Assembly: GCA_040776945.1 (NCBI GenBank)
Contig: JAXGZN010000001.1
Coordinates: 832,001 to 896,000, forward strand
Length of the DNA stretch: 64,000 bases
Source of the DNA: Methanomassiliicoccaceae archaeon
GTDB taxonomy: Archaea; Thermoplasmatota; Thermoplasmata; Methanomassiliicoccales; Methanomassiliicoccaceae
Reading direction: 5' to 3'
Below, one piece after another: positions 54,226 through 64,000 of this stretch. The position numbers were made by a program, and so were the translations under genes. The notes under the pieces are model-generated. The model made no database searches. It was not told where the DNA came from and was given only the letters and a program-made list of their open reading frames with translations. Positions within the stretch are counted from its first letter, which is position 1, and every line of letters begins with the position of its first letter.

Positions 54226-54942
54226 GTGGCCGCCATCGAGGTGCGCGACCTGCGCAAGAGGTTCTCAACCATCAACGCACTGGACGGCGTCACGTTCTCG
54301 GTCCGTGAGGGCACGTTCTTCGGCTGCTTCGGACCCAACGGTGCGGGCAAGAGCACCCTCCTCAAGGTACTTACCGGACAGATCGAGCCCACGGAGGGCG
54401 TGGCCCGTGTGCTGGATATGGACGTCAGGGGCAATGGCATCAGAGTGCGCGAGCAAGTGGGGATAGTCCCCGAGGTCGAATCCCCGCCCAGTTATCTCAC
54501 GGCCTACGAGTTCCTGTATTTTGTGGCCGAGATCAGGAAGGTCGATGACATCAATGGCCGCATCCAACGTTGGACCGAGTTCTTCGATCTTGAGGGGACC
54601 AGGGGTACGCTATGCAAAGACCTGTCCAAAGGCACAAGGCAGAAGGTGATGCTATCGGCGGCGTTCTTGCACGAGCCAAAGGTATTGTTCCTGGATGAGC
54701 CGTTCGTGAACCTGGACCCAATATATCAGCATAAGCTGCGCGAGTATCTCCTGGAACTGCGGGACGAGGGGCGCACCATATTCCTGTGCTCTCACATCCT
54801 AGAGATGGCCCAGAGACTATGCCAGGAGATGATAATCCTCAACCACGGGAGGATTGTCGCTTCAGGGAGTGTAGCGGAGCTGACCGAGAAGGAGGACCTT
54901 GAGTCTCTGTTCCTGCGCATGGTGAACGATGATACCGCTTAG
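54226..54942 (+). CDS. ABC transporter ATP-binding protein (ABC-2 type)
   Basis: Motifs GPNGAGKST, LSKGTRQK, FLDEP and CSH. Confidence 0.93.
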   Translation: MAAIEVRDLRKRFSTINALDGVTFSVREGTFFGCFGPNGAGKSTLLKVLTGQIEPTEGVARVLDMDVRGNGIRVREQVGIVPEVESPPSYLTAYEFLYFVAEIRKVDDINGRIQRWTEFFDLEGTRGTLCKDLSKGTRQKVMLSAAFLHEPKVLFLDEPFVNLDPIYQHKLREYLLELRDEGRTIFLCSHILEMAQRLCQEMIILNHGRIVASGSVAELTEKEDLESLFLRMVNDDTA

Positions 54943-56392
54943 ACTGATGCTGCGCGAGGAGTATCGTCTGCATACTTCGTACTCCTCGACCAGAATGTTC
55001 CTGGCCATGCCCATGTTCGTGTTCATGATATCTTTCGTGACCGCTCTCACGCTCAGGAACCTGCAGGGCACGGTGGACCTTGAGGACCTCATGCTCGGTC
55101 TGAACTCAGGCGTATGCCTTTACGGAATGAGCGTAGGGGCCCTGGGCTTCATAGCGAGGACCTATGTGGAAAGAAGGCAGGGGAAGTACAATTACATGGT
55201 GGCAATGCCTGCCCTGCTGCCCATGTCCTACCGGGCCACCTTCACCGGGATGTACATAAGGGACATCGTCTTCTACATGGCGCTGGTCCTGGGCCCGGCA
55301 TGCCTAGGGCTAGCGGCCGCCGCAGTGGCGGTACACTACCGTTGGTCCGCGGTCCTCTCAGTATCGATCGTTCTGATGCTCTCCTTCCTATTGGGGATCG
55401 CGCTAAGCTTTTTCGTGTCGGTCATCGGTTCACGGAGCCGTACCGCTCTTTTCATCTTGATCGGAGCTATGATCTCAGTGCTCATCGGCTTCGGCGTACT
55501 AGGCCTATATGGCATGGAATCATTCATGCCGTCAATCGGTCTACAGATGGCCTTGCCACCGTTCGGATCGGACCTCGGAGCGGCGGGATACTATCTCGCT
55601 GCGTCCATCTCCTCCATACTGCTCATGAGCGTCCTGGCGGTCCTGTGCGTCCCCGATACGATCGAGGGCGGAGTGAAGAGAAGGTCCCTGCGGCAGGACA
55701 TCCTGCCGTCGTACCTTCGCCGGTTCGCCTTCGCCCGCTCCTACCGACCGTTGCTGGCCAAGGAGGCGGTGGACCTGCTAAGGAGCGGAACGGTGGGCAA
55801 GATATCGTTCACCTTCATAGTTCCCCTGACCTTCCTTAGCTTCACCACCTGGTATGTCAACAATGGCCTTAACGTCCCGGTGGGGTTCAACCTCGTGTTC
55901 TACGCATCCATGGTCGGCTTCTTCGGGGTCATGCTCTATTCCTGGCTGACCAACATGGACAACGTGGACTACTATGAGACGCTGCCGGTGAGCCCGTCGA
56001 GGCTTATCCGCACCAAGCTCATCATGTTCATCCTGTTGACCACGGGCATATCCACCGCCTTCGTGGTGGCTCTGGCGTTCATCAACGATGAGACCAGGCT
56101 GTTGTGGCTGGCCCTTCCGGTGCTATACGTGACCTCGGCCTATATGGTGGTGGCCATGTCCTATCTTACCGGGCTTCATCCCAACTCGTACTTGTTCGAT
56201 CCCGGCGTTCTGCTCCGGTTCGCCCTCATCTCCCTGGTCCCTCAGGTGGGACTGACCATACTGTCGTTCTCCGTGGACCGCTCGTTGGGGGCCGCAGCGA
56301 TCGCCATCGCCGCCGTCCTGGGGACCCTTATCGTCATAACCTTGGCCATGAACCACAGGCTGGACCGGCGATGGTCGGTCAATGGTCTGTGA
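54929..56392 (+). CDS. ABC-2 type permease-like multi-TM protein
   Basis: About 12 TMs with LLAKE and TLPVS motifs. Overlaps the ATPase gene. Confidence 0.85.
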   Translation: MIPLRLMLREEYRLHTSYSSTRMFLAMPMFVFMISFVTALTLRNLQGTVDLEDLMLGLNSGVCLYGMSVGALGFIARTYVERRQGKYNYMVAMPALLPMSYRATFTGMYIRDIVFYMALVLGPACLGLAAAAVAVHYRWSAVLSVSIVLMLSFLLGIALSFFVSVIGSRSRTALFILIGAMISVLIGFGVLGLYGMESFMPSIGLQMALPPFGSDLGAAGYYLAASISSILLMSVLAVLCVPDTIEGGVKRRSLRQDILPSYLRRFAFARSYRPLLAKEAVDLLRSGTVGKISFTFIVPLTFLSFTTWYVNNGLNVPVGFNLVFYASMVGFFGVMLYSWLTNMDNVDYYETLPVSPSRLIRTKLIMFILLTTGISTAFVVALAFINDETRLLWLALPVLYVTSAYMVVAMSYLTGLHPNSYLFDPGVLLRFALISLVPQVGLTILSFSVDRSLGAAAIAIAAVLGTLIVITLAMNHRLDRRWSVNGL

Positions 56393-56787
56393 CCGGACGT
56401 ATTACAAGACATGCTGCCTTCTTTGTCCGGAAAGCCTTTTGGCCCGTTCGCATGCGGCTTCGCCGGCCCCCTCCACAACCACCGGTCCCGATAACCCCTC
56501 AAAGTAACTCGGACGGATGGAGCGCCTTGGGCCCCGGTCTTTCAAGGCCCATCTCCCTTTCCTCCAATTCCTGCCCATAGGGGGCTCTCGACCCTCCTCC
56601 TGCTCCCTTAAGGACTGAAATTGTAGAGGAGCACGATGGGCCTTTTCTCGCAGGGACGAAAGAACGTGATAGTTGTTCGGAGCCGTCATCGAAGGCGCTC
56701 ACCCCTCGCCCCTCTATGTTCGCATCTAAGGGATGATGTCCCTCCTTCACATAAGGTTAAACGGTAGTGGCGGTTGATGGAAAGCCC

Positions 56788-57342
56788 ATGGAGCACAGTT
56801 CCATCCTCAGACGGACAGTCCATCTGAGCGCCCCAGTGTTCCTGGTCTATTACTTCCTGCCCTCCCCCCTCTGGTATGGAGGGCCGCCTAAAGAGATAGG
56901 CCTCCTGACGGTCCTGGCGGCAACGATGACCTTCGAGCTCGCGCGCCTTCTCATTGGCTTCAAGGTACCTGGGTTGAGGCCGTACGAGTCGGACCAGATG
57001 TCCGCTGCCGCCTGGACCAGCGTTGCGCTCACCTTCTCCTTCCTGTTCTTCCCCATAGAGCTGACCGCCCCGGTCATCTTCGGGATGGCCCTGGTAGACC
57101 CCGCGATCAGCATATTGCGGAGGACCAGATGGTACCCATGGCTGCCCTACGCGATGCACCTCACGGTCATGCTGCTCGTGCTCGCCCTCCTGGTACCGGT
57201 GGACCTGAGGTGGTTGTTCGCAGCAACAGTGGTCTCGGGAGCGGCGGTCGCCTCAGAGGCAGTTAAAACACGCTATGTGGACGATGATTTCCTGATGATC
57301 GTCGTTCCGCTGCTCGTATTCTTCCTGACAGCCGGCCCTTAA
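56788..57342 (+). CDS. Dolichol/phytol kinase-like (CTP-dependent) membrane protein
   Basis: Motifs RRTVH, E..R, RPYE, DPA and DDDFLM. Confidence 0.7.
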   Translation: MEHSSILRRTVHLSAPVFLVYYFLPSPLWYGGPPKEIGLLTVLAATMTFELARLLIGFKVPGLRPYESDQMSAAAWTSVALTFSFLFFPIELTAPVIFGMALVDPAISILRRTRWYPWLPYAMHLTVMLLVLALLVPVDLRWLFAATVVSGAAVASEAVKTRYVDDDFLMIVVPLLVFFLTAGP

Positions 57343-57515
57343 TCTCCTTTCCGCCAGGTGACAGTTCCGAAGAAGCCCTTCTTAGGGTACCGGTCATAGT
57401 TCTTAATGAACGCCTGATACGGTCCCTCACAGTTCTTGAGGGCCTCCTCCTCGGTGTCATAGACCTTGCCGGTCCACGCGCACTGATAATAGACCTTCTG
57501 TGGCTTGTCGGCCAT
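57339..57515 (-). CDS. Small hypothetical protein (58 aa)
   Basis: MADKPQKVYYQCAWTGKVYDTEEEALKNCEGPY..., with strong codon bias and TTATTAA about 25 nt upstream. Confidence 0.75.
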   Translation of the reverse strand: MADKPQKVYYQCAWTGKVYDTEEEALKNCEGPYQAFIKNYDRYPKKGFFGTVTWRKGD

Positions 57516-57646
57516 GGGAACGAGTAATTGTATCGTTGTTAATAACCTTTGAGGTCCGCTCGAGGGCGGATGCACCGCCCTCATGACCTATGGCCATAGA
57601 ACACGGCAATAGCCCTTTATATTCATACAGACCAATTAGGTGGGCT

Positions 57647-58144
57647 ATGAATAGAATCAAGGTTATCAACGAGCCATCGGAACTTGTACCGATGTTGCGA
57701 GCCGTTGATACCAAGGTAAAGAGGGAAGTCCTCAAAGAGGTGACGCTGGAATGGCGCACTACGAAGGAAATAGAGGCGAAGTTTGGGCCTGAGGGGTCCG
57801 ATGCCCTCAAGTTCTTTGAAAAGATGAAGCTGGTGGAAACCAGATGGCAATCGACCAGCGGATCTTTCCCGGAGAAGGCCTATCATACCTATTACACCTC
57901 CTTTCACATAAACGCCTCATGGCCGGTTTATGAGATATCCGATGTTCTGGCCGCGGCGATGATGCCCGAGGATGAGTTCGAGAAGCTGGAGAAGGACATA
58001 TTCAAGGAAGTAGGGCCAGAGGGCCGCTTCGCTGGCGATATCGCCGAGAAGCTGGGGATCACGTCCACCATGCTGAGGAGCCTGGTGAAGCGCTCGGTCC
58101 GCCTGGACTACCGGGGACACCGCATCGAGCGCCTAAAGGAGTGA
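57647..58144 (+). CDS. Conserved archaeal ArsR-like winged-helix protein
   Basis: [36 protein letters not shown] overlap with trm56. Confidence 0.85.
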   Translation: MNRIKVINEPSELVPMLRAVDTKVKREVLKEVTLEWRTTKEIEAKFGPEGSDALKFFEKMKLVETRWQSTSGSFPEKAYHTYYTSFHINASWPVYEISDVLAAAMMPEDEFEKLEKDIFKEVGPEGRFAGDIAEKLGITSTMLRSLVKRSVRLDYRGHRIERLKE

Positions 58145-58152
58145 GCCCCGGG

Positions 58153-58677
58153 ATGCCCGAAATATACGTCCTCAGGCTCGGCCATCGACCGGAGAGGGAC
58201 AAGAGGGTCACCACCCATGTCGCGCTCACCGCCCGTGCCTTCGGGGCCAAGGGAATTTTCGTCTCCACGCCGGACGAGGAGCTGGAAAGGAGCGTGCGCT
58301 CGGTGGTAAAGCGCTTTGGAGGCGACTTCTCCATCACCACCGGTGTGAAGTGGAAGGAGGTCCTGCGCGGCTTTGAAGGGACCAAGGTGCACCTGACCAT
58401 GTATGGCACGCACATCGATGATGCGCTTCCCAGAGTGCGGGCGGCCATGGCCGAGAGGATGCTGATTATCGTGGGAGCGGAGAAGGTGCCTCCTGAGGTC
58501 TACCAGGCAGCTACCTTTAACATAGGGGTGGGGAACCAGCCCCACTCTGAGGTGGCCGCCCTGGCCATCTTCTTGGACCGCCTGAAGGAAGGGGCCGGGC
58601 TGCATGCTGACTTTCATGGCCGCATGACCGTAGTGCCGTGCGAACGGGGGAAGAAAGTTGTCAACGATACCGAATGA
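58153..58677 (+). CDS. trm56: tRNA (cytidine(56)-2'-O)-methyltransferase
   Basis: Motifs [40 protein letters not shown] and [11 protein letters not shown]. Confidence 0.95.
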   Translation: MPEIYVLRLGHRPERDKRVTTHVALTARAFGAKGIFVSTPDEELERSVRSVVKRFGGDFSITTGVKWKEVLRGFEGTKVHLTMYGTHIDDALPRVRAAMAERMLIIVGAEKVPPEVYQAATFNIGVGNQPHSEVAALAIFLDRLKEGAGLHADFHGRMTVVPCERGKKVVNDTE

Positions 58678-59257
58678 ACAAGAATGCTTAGATATTCTAA
58701 GGGCGCAGGGCGCGCCGGACAGGTTGATCAAGCACGTCTGCACCGTGGCAAGGCTCGCCGTGCTCATGGCACAGCGGTGCAAGGCCGACGTGGACCTGGT
58801 CAGGGCAGGAGGCCTTCTCCATGATATTGGCAGGTCCAGAACGCAGGACATACGGCACGGGGTGGAGGGCGAGGCCATCGCCCGTTCCCTCTCTCTACCA
58901 GAGCCCCTGGTCCTGATCATCCGTAAGCATGTGGGGGCAGGGATACTCCCTCAGGAGGCAGCGGCCCTTGGCCTACCGGACCTGGACTACGTCCCCTGCA
59001 CCCTGGAAGAGAAGATCGTGTGCCACGCCGATAACCTGGTCGGGGACGCAGACTTCATGATCTCGGAGCGGGCGTATCGGGATTTCGTTCAGAAAGGGCT
59101 CCGCGACGCCGGGAACCGCATGCTGGAAATGCACTACGAGCTCTCAATGGCATGCTGCGCCGACGTCAACTCCATCGTCGAGGAGATCCGCGATCAGGAG
59201 CCTAAGGGGCCCTGCGCTCAATACTTGAGGAAGCGCATGGACGATCGGCCAAGCTAG
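58658..59257 (+). CDS. HD-domain (HDIG) phosphohydrolase
   Basis: Motifs [17 protein letters not shown] and [14 protein letters not shown] start overlaps trm56 by 20 nt. Confidence 0.9.
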   Translation: MSTIPNEQECLDILRAQGAPDRLIKHVCTVARLAVLMAQRCKADVDLVRAGGLLHDIGRSRTQDIRHGVEGEAIARSLSLPEPLVLIIRKHVGAGILPQEAAALGLPDLDYVPCTLEEKIVCHADNLVGDADFMISERAYRDFVQKGLRDAGNRMLEMHYELSMACCADVNSIVEEIRDQEPKGPCAQYLRKRMDDRPS

Positions 59258-59401
59258 GCCGCTGCCAGCGGCCGTCAAGACGGCCCCGATATTGAAGCGA
59301 TGCCCTCAGGCCAGCGTGCGCCTCCATTGGAGAAAGCACGCTTCGAAAATTAAAAGAGTGAAAGGGCGAGGGAACGACCGCCCTCGAAAGGATGCCCTGA
59401 C

Positions 59402-59665
59402 CTATAGCTTGGCCGCGGGCTTCTTAGTGGTGACCCGCTTGGGGAAGTATTTCAGGATGATGATGTCCCCGACCGACTGGATCCACCGGAACGGAACGTT
59501 AACGGCCTTGGACTCTTCCACCAGCAGAGGGTTCGTCTCGCTGACGAACAGGCCATCCACGCGCTTATTGTCCAGGTCGATGACCAGGTTGTTGACGTTT
59601 CCAAGGAAAATGCCGCTCGACGTGTAGACCTGCAGTCCCATTAGCTCAGACGCTTCCTCTAGCAT
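59402..59665 (-). CDS. PRC-barrel domain protein
   Basis: LMGLQVYT..G..LG.V.NLVID..VPFRWIQSVGDIIIL. Confidence 0.9.
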   Translation of the reverse strand: MLEEASELMGLQVYTSSGIFLGNVNNLVIDLDNKRVDGLFVSETNPLLVEESKAVNVPFRWIQSVGDIIILKYFPKRVTTKKPAAKL

Positions 59666-59847
59666 GAGTCATCCCGGCGTGGTATCCCGTTCCCTCTTTT
59701 AATATGTTGTGTCCCAATTCATATGCTGGACCGCTCAGCCCTGTGCAAGCGGAAGGAACGGACCTCACAGGTCATCGGAAATTTATATAACGATGAACGC
59801 GATATACGGTTTTGCATTTGAACTGTAAAACCGTTGGAGGTCATAAT

Positions 59848-60243
59848 GTGGACGAGATCGATCAGATAAGGGAAAAGAAAAAGCAGGAACTGATGAAGAG
59901 CGTAGCTATGGAAGCCGATTGGCCTTCCGAGCCCGTCGATGTGACCGACGGCACGTTCAACGATTTCGTCAAGAAATATGGCCTGGCGGTCGTGGACTGC
60001 TGGGCGCCGTGGTGCGGGCCGTGCCGCATGGTGGCCCCGGTTATCGATGCCCTTGCAAAGGAAATGCAGGGGAAGATAGCCTTCGGCAAGCTCAACACTG
60101 ACATGAACCCCAAGATATCCATGCGCTTTCAGATCGAGGCCATCCCCACATTGCTGGTGATGAAGGGAGGCGACCTTGTGGAGCGCATCGTAGGGGCAAA
60201 GCCAAAGGAGGACCTGGCCCGCCGGCTCAAGGCCCACCTTTGA
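59848..60243 (+). CDS. trxA: Thioredoxin
   Basis: WCGPC active site and IPTLL. GTG start after GGAGG. Confidence 0.95.
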   Translation: MDEIDQIREKKKQELMKSVAMEADWPSEPVDVTDGTFNDFVKKYGLAVVDCWAPWCGPCRMVAPVIDALAKEMQGKIAFGKLNTDMNPKISMRFQIEAIPTLLVMKGGDLVERIVGAKPKEDLARRLKAHL

Positions 60244-60328
60244 GCAAACCATTTACATTTTTACTTTTCGGACTTCCTCATCACGAAAGTATAAAAACCA
60301 TCCCGGCGCTAATGGCTTCGGGAGAACA

Positions 60329-61213
60329 ATGGAGGCGGACATCACAATCATAGGTCTGGGTCCAGCAGGACTGCAGGCCGCGATCCACGCAGCAAGAAAA
60401 AAGGTCAAGGTCGTAGCGGTGGGGAAGAGCGAAGCATCTTCCTTGAACCGCGCGGAGGTCGAGAACTATCTGGGCATCGATTCGGTGGACGGTTCGGACC
60501 TACTAAGCAAGGGAAGGGAACAGGCCAGACGATTCGGCGCCGAGCTTCTCGAGGAAGAGGTGATCAAGCTGACCAAGGATGGCGAATCATTCGTGGTCAT
60601 AACCGACCGGGAGAGGGAGATACGCTCTCGGGCATTGGTGCTTGCCGTAGGGATCTCGCGGGCCAAGCTGAACGTCCCTGGAGAGAAGGAGTTCCTTGGA
60701 AAGGGGGTCAGTTATTGCGCTTCCTGTGACGCTGGGTTCTTCAGGGGCCGTCCTGTGGCGGTGATAGGCGAGGAGAGCGAGGCCGCCGAATCCGCGGCCC
60801 TGATGGCCGAATACGCGTCCAAGGTATATTGGGTCCACCGGCAGCTCAAAGCATCAGAGCAGATGGTGAGCAAGGCCCGCAAGGCCATGGTGGAGATGGT
60901 GCAGGCGAAGCCGTCGCGCATCGTCGGTGAGCAGACGGTCACCGGCCTGGAGCTGGAGGACGGGAGGCGCCTGGACGTGAACGGCGTGTTCGTCGCCTTG
61001 GGGGCGAAAGGCTCCATAGAGCTGGCGCTGGAACTGGGGATAATCCCCGATCCCAGCGGGAAGATCCCGGTGGACGAGAACTGCCGCACCGAGATGGAGA
61101 AAGTATATGCATGCGGAGACGTGACCGGGGCCCCATGGCAGCTCGCACGCGCGGTCGGCCAGGGGTGCGTCGCCGGGGAAAATGCCGCCCGGGCGGTACG
61201 CTCGGAGAAGTGA
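60329..61213 (+). CDS. trxB: Thioredoxin reductase-like flavoprotein
   Basis: Motifs IIGLGPAG, GKGVSYCASCD and YACGDVTG. The NADPH motifs are degenerate. Confidence 0.88.
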   Translation: MEADITIIGLGPAGLQAAIHAARKKVKVVAVGKSEASSLNRAEVENYLGIDSVDGSDLLSKGREQARRFGAELLEEEVIKLTKDGESFVVITDREREIRSRALVLAVGISRAKLNVPGEKEFLGKGVSYCASCDAGFFRGRPVAVIGEESEAAESAALMAEYASKVYWVHRQLKASEQMVSKARKAMVEMVQAKPSRIVGEQTVTGLELEDGRRLDVNGVFVALGAKGSIELALELGIIPDPSGKIPVDENCRTEMEKVYACGDVTGAPWQLARAVGQGCVAGENAARAVRSEK

Positions 61214-61217
61214 CCCC

Positions 61218-61739
61218 ATGTCGCTGGAGAACGAGCTGGTGGCCGGGATCCTGCGTGAAGAGGGCGGCTTCCGCGACTCTCTTCGCAAGGTGCTGGAAGA
61301 GGACCTGAAGATGAGCATTCACGAGTTCTGCTCCCAGACCGGCCTATCTCCCTCAACGATATACAAGATCATGCAAGACCAGAGGGAGCCGAACCTGCGG
61401 ACGGTAAGGGACATCATTCGTGCGGTGCGCAGGATGGAGACCAAGCCTCACGGCAACTTCATAGCGGTCATCGCCGCCCGCCCGGTGCTGAACCGCATCG
61501 AGGAGCGGACGGTGAGGCTGGGCGAGCGTGATGTCCGGGTGAAGGAGTACCCCGCGAACAGCATGGAGGACGCCATAGTCGCGGCGGTGATGGCGGAGAA
61601 GGACGGTGCGCTGGCCATCGTCTGCGCGCCCATCGTGGCCCCGACAATACAAAAGATACTGACTATCCCGGTATCCATCGTCATCCCTCGGGAAAGCATC
61701 TTAAGGGCGATCGAGGTCGCGGTGCAGAAGACGCTCTAG
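61218..61739 (+). CDS. XRE-type HTH transcriptional regulator (archaeal)
   Basis: N-terminal HTH GLSPSTIYKI..REPNLRT, and C-terminal IAVIAAR..AIVCAPI domain. Confidence 0.85.
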   Translation: MSLENELVAGILREEGGFRDSLRKVLEEDLKMSIHEFCSQTGLSPSTIYKIMQDQREPNLRTVRDIIRAVRRMETKPHGNFIAVIAARPVLNRIEERTVRLGERDVRVKEYPANSMEDAIVAAVMAEKDGALAIVCAPIVAPTIQKILTIPVSIVIPRESILRAIEVAVQKTL

Positions 61740-61778
61740 CGCTCGCGGTCAAGAGGCCCGATCATAAAGGAGAGCATC

Positions 61779-62549
61779 TCATACGCCCTGCCGCTGCAGC
61801 TCCAGCTCGTCCAGGATATCCCTTCTAAGTTTGATGAACTCTTGACTAGCGCGGTTCCGGGGGCGAGGCAGGTCGATCTTATGGACCGTCTTTATCCTTC
61901 CCGGTCGAGAGGTAAGGACGACCACGCGGTCTGCCAAGAACACGGCCTCATCGACGGAGTGGGTGATGAATACGATGGTCTTCCTCGTCTCTGACCAGAT
62001 GCGAAGAAGTTCCTTCTGCATCTGGTTCCTGGTCTGAGCGTCCAAAGCTCCGAACGGCTCGTCCATTAGCAGGATCGAAGGCTCGTTGGCCAGAGCCCTG
62101 GCGATGCCAACACGCTGCTTCATGCCGCCAGAGAGCTGGTTTGGGTGAGAGTCCTCGAAACCTTTGAGGCCCACCAGGTCGATGTATTTCTGAGAGGTCT
62201 CCTTTCGCATCTCCGGGGGCATTTTCTTGATCTCCAGGCCAAACTCCACATTTCGGCGGACCGATCTCCAGGGAAATAGCGCAAACTCCTGGAACACCAT
62301 CCCACGGTCAGGTCCCGGACCCTCTATCTCCTTCCCCTTTAGGACCATGCTGCCGGAGGACTTCGGTTCCAGGCCCGCGATTATCCTGAGCAGGGTGGTC
62401 TTCCCACACCCAGAGGGCCCCAGCACACAAACGAACTCTCCGTCTATGACATCAAGGTCAATGTCCTGAAGTGCGACCAGCTCACCCTCTCCTTTGGGGA
62501 AGACCTTGGTCATCTTCTTGATGGACAGACTTAACGCATTCCCATCCAT
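61779..62549 (-). CDS. Nitrate/sulfonate/taurine-type ABC ATP-binding protein
   Basis: Motifs GPSGCGKTT, LSGGMKQR, LLMDEPFGALD and ITHSVDEA. Confidence 0.93.
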   Translation of the reverse strand: MDGNALSLSIKKMTKVFPKGEGELVALQDIDLDVIDGEFVCVLGPSGCGKTTLLRIIAGLEPKSSGSMVLKGKEIEGPGPDRGMVFQEFALFPWRSVRRNVEFGLEIKKMPPEMRKETSQKYIDLVGLKGFEDSHPNQLSGGMKQRVGIARALANEPSILLMDEPFGALDAQTRNQMQKELLRIWSETRKTIVFITHSVDEAVFLADRVVVLTSRPGRIKTVHKIDLPRPRNRASQEFIKLRRDILDELELQRQGV

Positions 62550-63352
62550 ATGGAGACCCTCCTTTCGATGAATTTGCTCAAGCCTGTGGTCAGCAGGCCC
62601 AAGATGGCTATCATCAGCATGCCGGCGAACATGTACTCGTAAAGGCCAATGTCGCCGTTGCGAAGGATGATTGCACCGATGCCGCCACCCCGTGCTCCGA
62701 TCATCTCCGCCGCGACGATGCACATCCATCCTATGCCCAGACCGACGGTCACGCCGGTCATCAGATATGGGATGGTGTAAGGGAAGACGACCTTGGTGAA
62801 AATGGTCATCCGGCTGGCGCCGAGCGTTTTGGCCGCGTCAAGCAGGGCCGGCTCCACGCTCTTCACCCCGAACATCACATTGGTGACGAGGGGGAAGAAC
62901 GCCCCCAGGAAGATGGTCATGACCGGACCGATGAACAGACCGAAGGCGACAAAGAACAGCGGGACCCAGGCGATGGGAGGTATCGGACGCAAGATCTCCA
63001 CGATCGGTTTACCGAGCCCTTCGAATATGCGAGAGTAGCCCATTGCCAGGCCTAATGGGACCGCTACCAAGAGGGCCAGTCCGAAGCCGAAAGCAAAACG
63101 CCCAAGACTGGCCATGACCTGCTGCATCATGGGCAGATTGGTAGCAGGGTCTTGCTTGAACGCCTTGAAGAAAGCGTCCACCACTTCGAGGGGCGTAGGC
63201 AGGTAGGCCTTGCTCAAGACGATCGAACCGATCCACCAGATGGCGATGAACCCGATCAAGGAAGCGACGTACAGGGAATAATCGAACGCCCGCTCCCTCT
63301 TAAAGCCGAAAAAGGAATGGCCCAGGCCGCCTGGCTTTTCATTAGCCGTCAT
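62531..63352 (-). CDS. Nitrate/sulfonate/taurine-type ABC permease
   Basis: Motifs LRPIPPIAWVP, EAA-like DAAKTLGAS and WMCIVAAEM. Confidence 0.92.
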   Translation of the reverse strand: MTANEKPGGLGHSFFGFKRERAFDYSLYVASLIGFIAIWWIGSIVLSKAYLPTPLEVVDAFFKAFKQDPATNLPMMQQVMASLGRFAFGFGLALLVAVPLGLAMGYSRIFEGLGKPIVEILRPIPPIAWVPLFFVAFGLFIGPVMTIFLGAFFPLVTNVMFGVKSVEPALLDAAKTLGASRMTIFTKVVFPYTIPYLMTGVTVGLGIGWMCIVAAEMIGARGGGIGAIILRNGDIGLYEYMFAGMLMIAILGLLTTGLSKFIERRVSIWMGMR

Positions 63353-63398
63353 CGCGTCCCCGATACTTGTTAAAAGAAGAAAAAGGTTTAGGTGGCCA

Positions 63399-64000
63399 TC
63401 AGGCCGCCGCGGTCTTGAAACCGTTCTTCTCTGCCATTGCCTGCAGCAGCAGATGTTGGATGGTGCCAAGTCCGGGGTCCCCTACGGTCTTTCCGTTAAG
63501 GTCCTCGAAGCTGTGGATGTCATTGGACACCACGAGGGCGGAACCCTCCGTGTTCGCCGCCGCCACGACCTTTACCGGTATGTTGTTGTTCAGGTGCTTC
63601 AGGATGGCAGGAGGCGAACCAAGGTAGCCGATGTCCACGGTATTGGAGGCGAAGGCATCCATCTCCGCCGGCCCAGCAGAGAACCCGCCGGCGTTTGCAG
63701 CGATGTCATTTATCCCGTACTTGTTGAACAGAGAGGTCCCACCGCCCACGGTAGCATTGGACGCTACAAGGCGAGCGAACTGGTGCAGATCCCCAGCCAG
63801 ATATCCGACCCTTACGTCGGTCATGACGGAGGTTGGCTCGACACTATCGATCGCATCGAGATAGGACTCGTCCAAGTACTTGTTGATAAAGTCATCGACC
63901 GACGAATAACCAGCGTCCTTGACCTTCTGTTCACTGGTCTGCCCAAGGGCAATGAACTCATTGGTGAAGTTCTTCATTCCGTTCCGGAACGACGAGGACA
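63399..64000 (-). CDS. Nitrate/sulfonate-type ABC substrate-binding protein (5' end beyond the window)
   Basis: Motifs RVGYLAGDLHQ, DIGYLGSPPA, AAANTEGSAL and PGLGTIQH. Confidence 0.85.
   Translation of the reverse strand, partial: SSSFRNGMKNFTNEFIALGQTSEQKVKDAGYSSVDDFINKYLDESYLDAIDSVEPTSVMTDVRVGYLAGDLHQFARLVASNATVGGGTSLFNKYGINDIAANAGGFSAGPAEMDAFASNTVDIGYLGSPPAILKHLNNNIPVKVVAAANTEGSALVVSNDIHSFEDLNGKTVGDPGLGTIQHLLLQAMAEKNGFKTAAA

Noticed and set aside
56393-56766. 370-bp spacer with short ORFs and small hairpins
   Set aside because: No recognisable gene, RNA or repeat family.
1-64000. CRISPR arrays, rRNA, IS elements, integrase, SRP or RNase P RNA, selenocysteine signals
   Set aside because: No regularly spaced repeats, transposase or integrase motifs, or conserved RNA signatures were seen by eye. 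The only in-frame TGA junction noticed (11411) is not at a Cys-equivalent position.

Overview
GC-rich chromosomal window from an archaeon, most likely a Methanomassiliicoccales methanogen. This is inferred from the archaeal tRNAs with BHB introns, aTrm56, Lhr, the Ech hydrogenase, an HdrD-like protein and the DUF2284/DUF116 genes. The centrepiece (6.2-21.5 kb) is an energy-conservation supercluster. It holds a complete Hyf-like Ehr membrane complex whose large subunit has lost all four Ni-binding cysteines, a convergent universal stress protein, and an intact echABCDEF [NiFe]-hydrogenase. A divergent ferritin-like gene and an HdrD/GlpC-like CCG protein flank the cluster. The rest holds housekeeping genes (purM, rlmE, lhr, msrA, trm56, trx/trxR, two ABC systems), two intron-containing tRNAs (Ile2-CAU, Asn-GUU) and accessory genes. 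The accessory genes include an orphan HTH-fused DNA methyltransferase, a coiled-coil-less SMC/Rad50-like ATPase, NYN-3xOST-HTH, tandem surface-protein paralogs, AlkA-DUF488, an atypical Rieske protein and a RibA-RibD-like fusion. Oddities read directly from the sequence are probable ACG/CTG start codons, a small ORF with an in-frame amber codon, a 1-nt frameshift in a duplicated membrane gene, a split Trm56/HD pair, and a thioredoxin reductase lacking the NADPH motifs. No CRISPR array, rRNA, integrase or transposase was seen. All calls come from motif recognition by eye; no searches were run.
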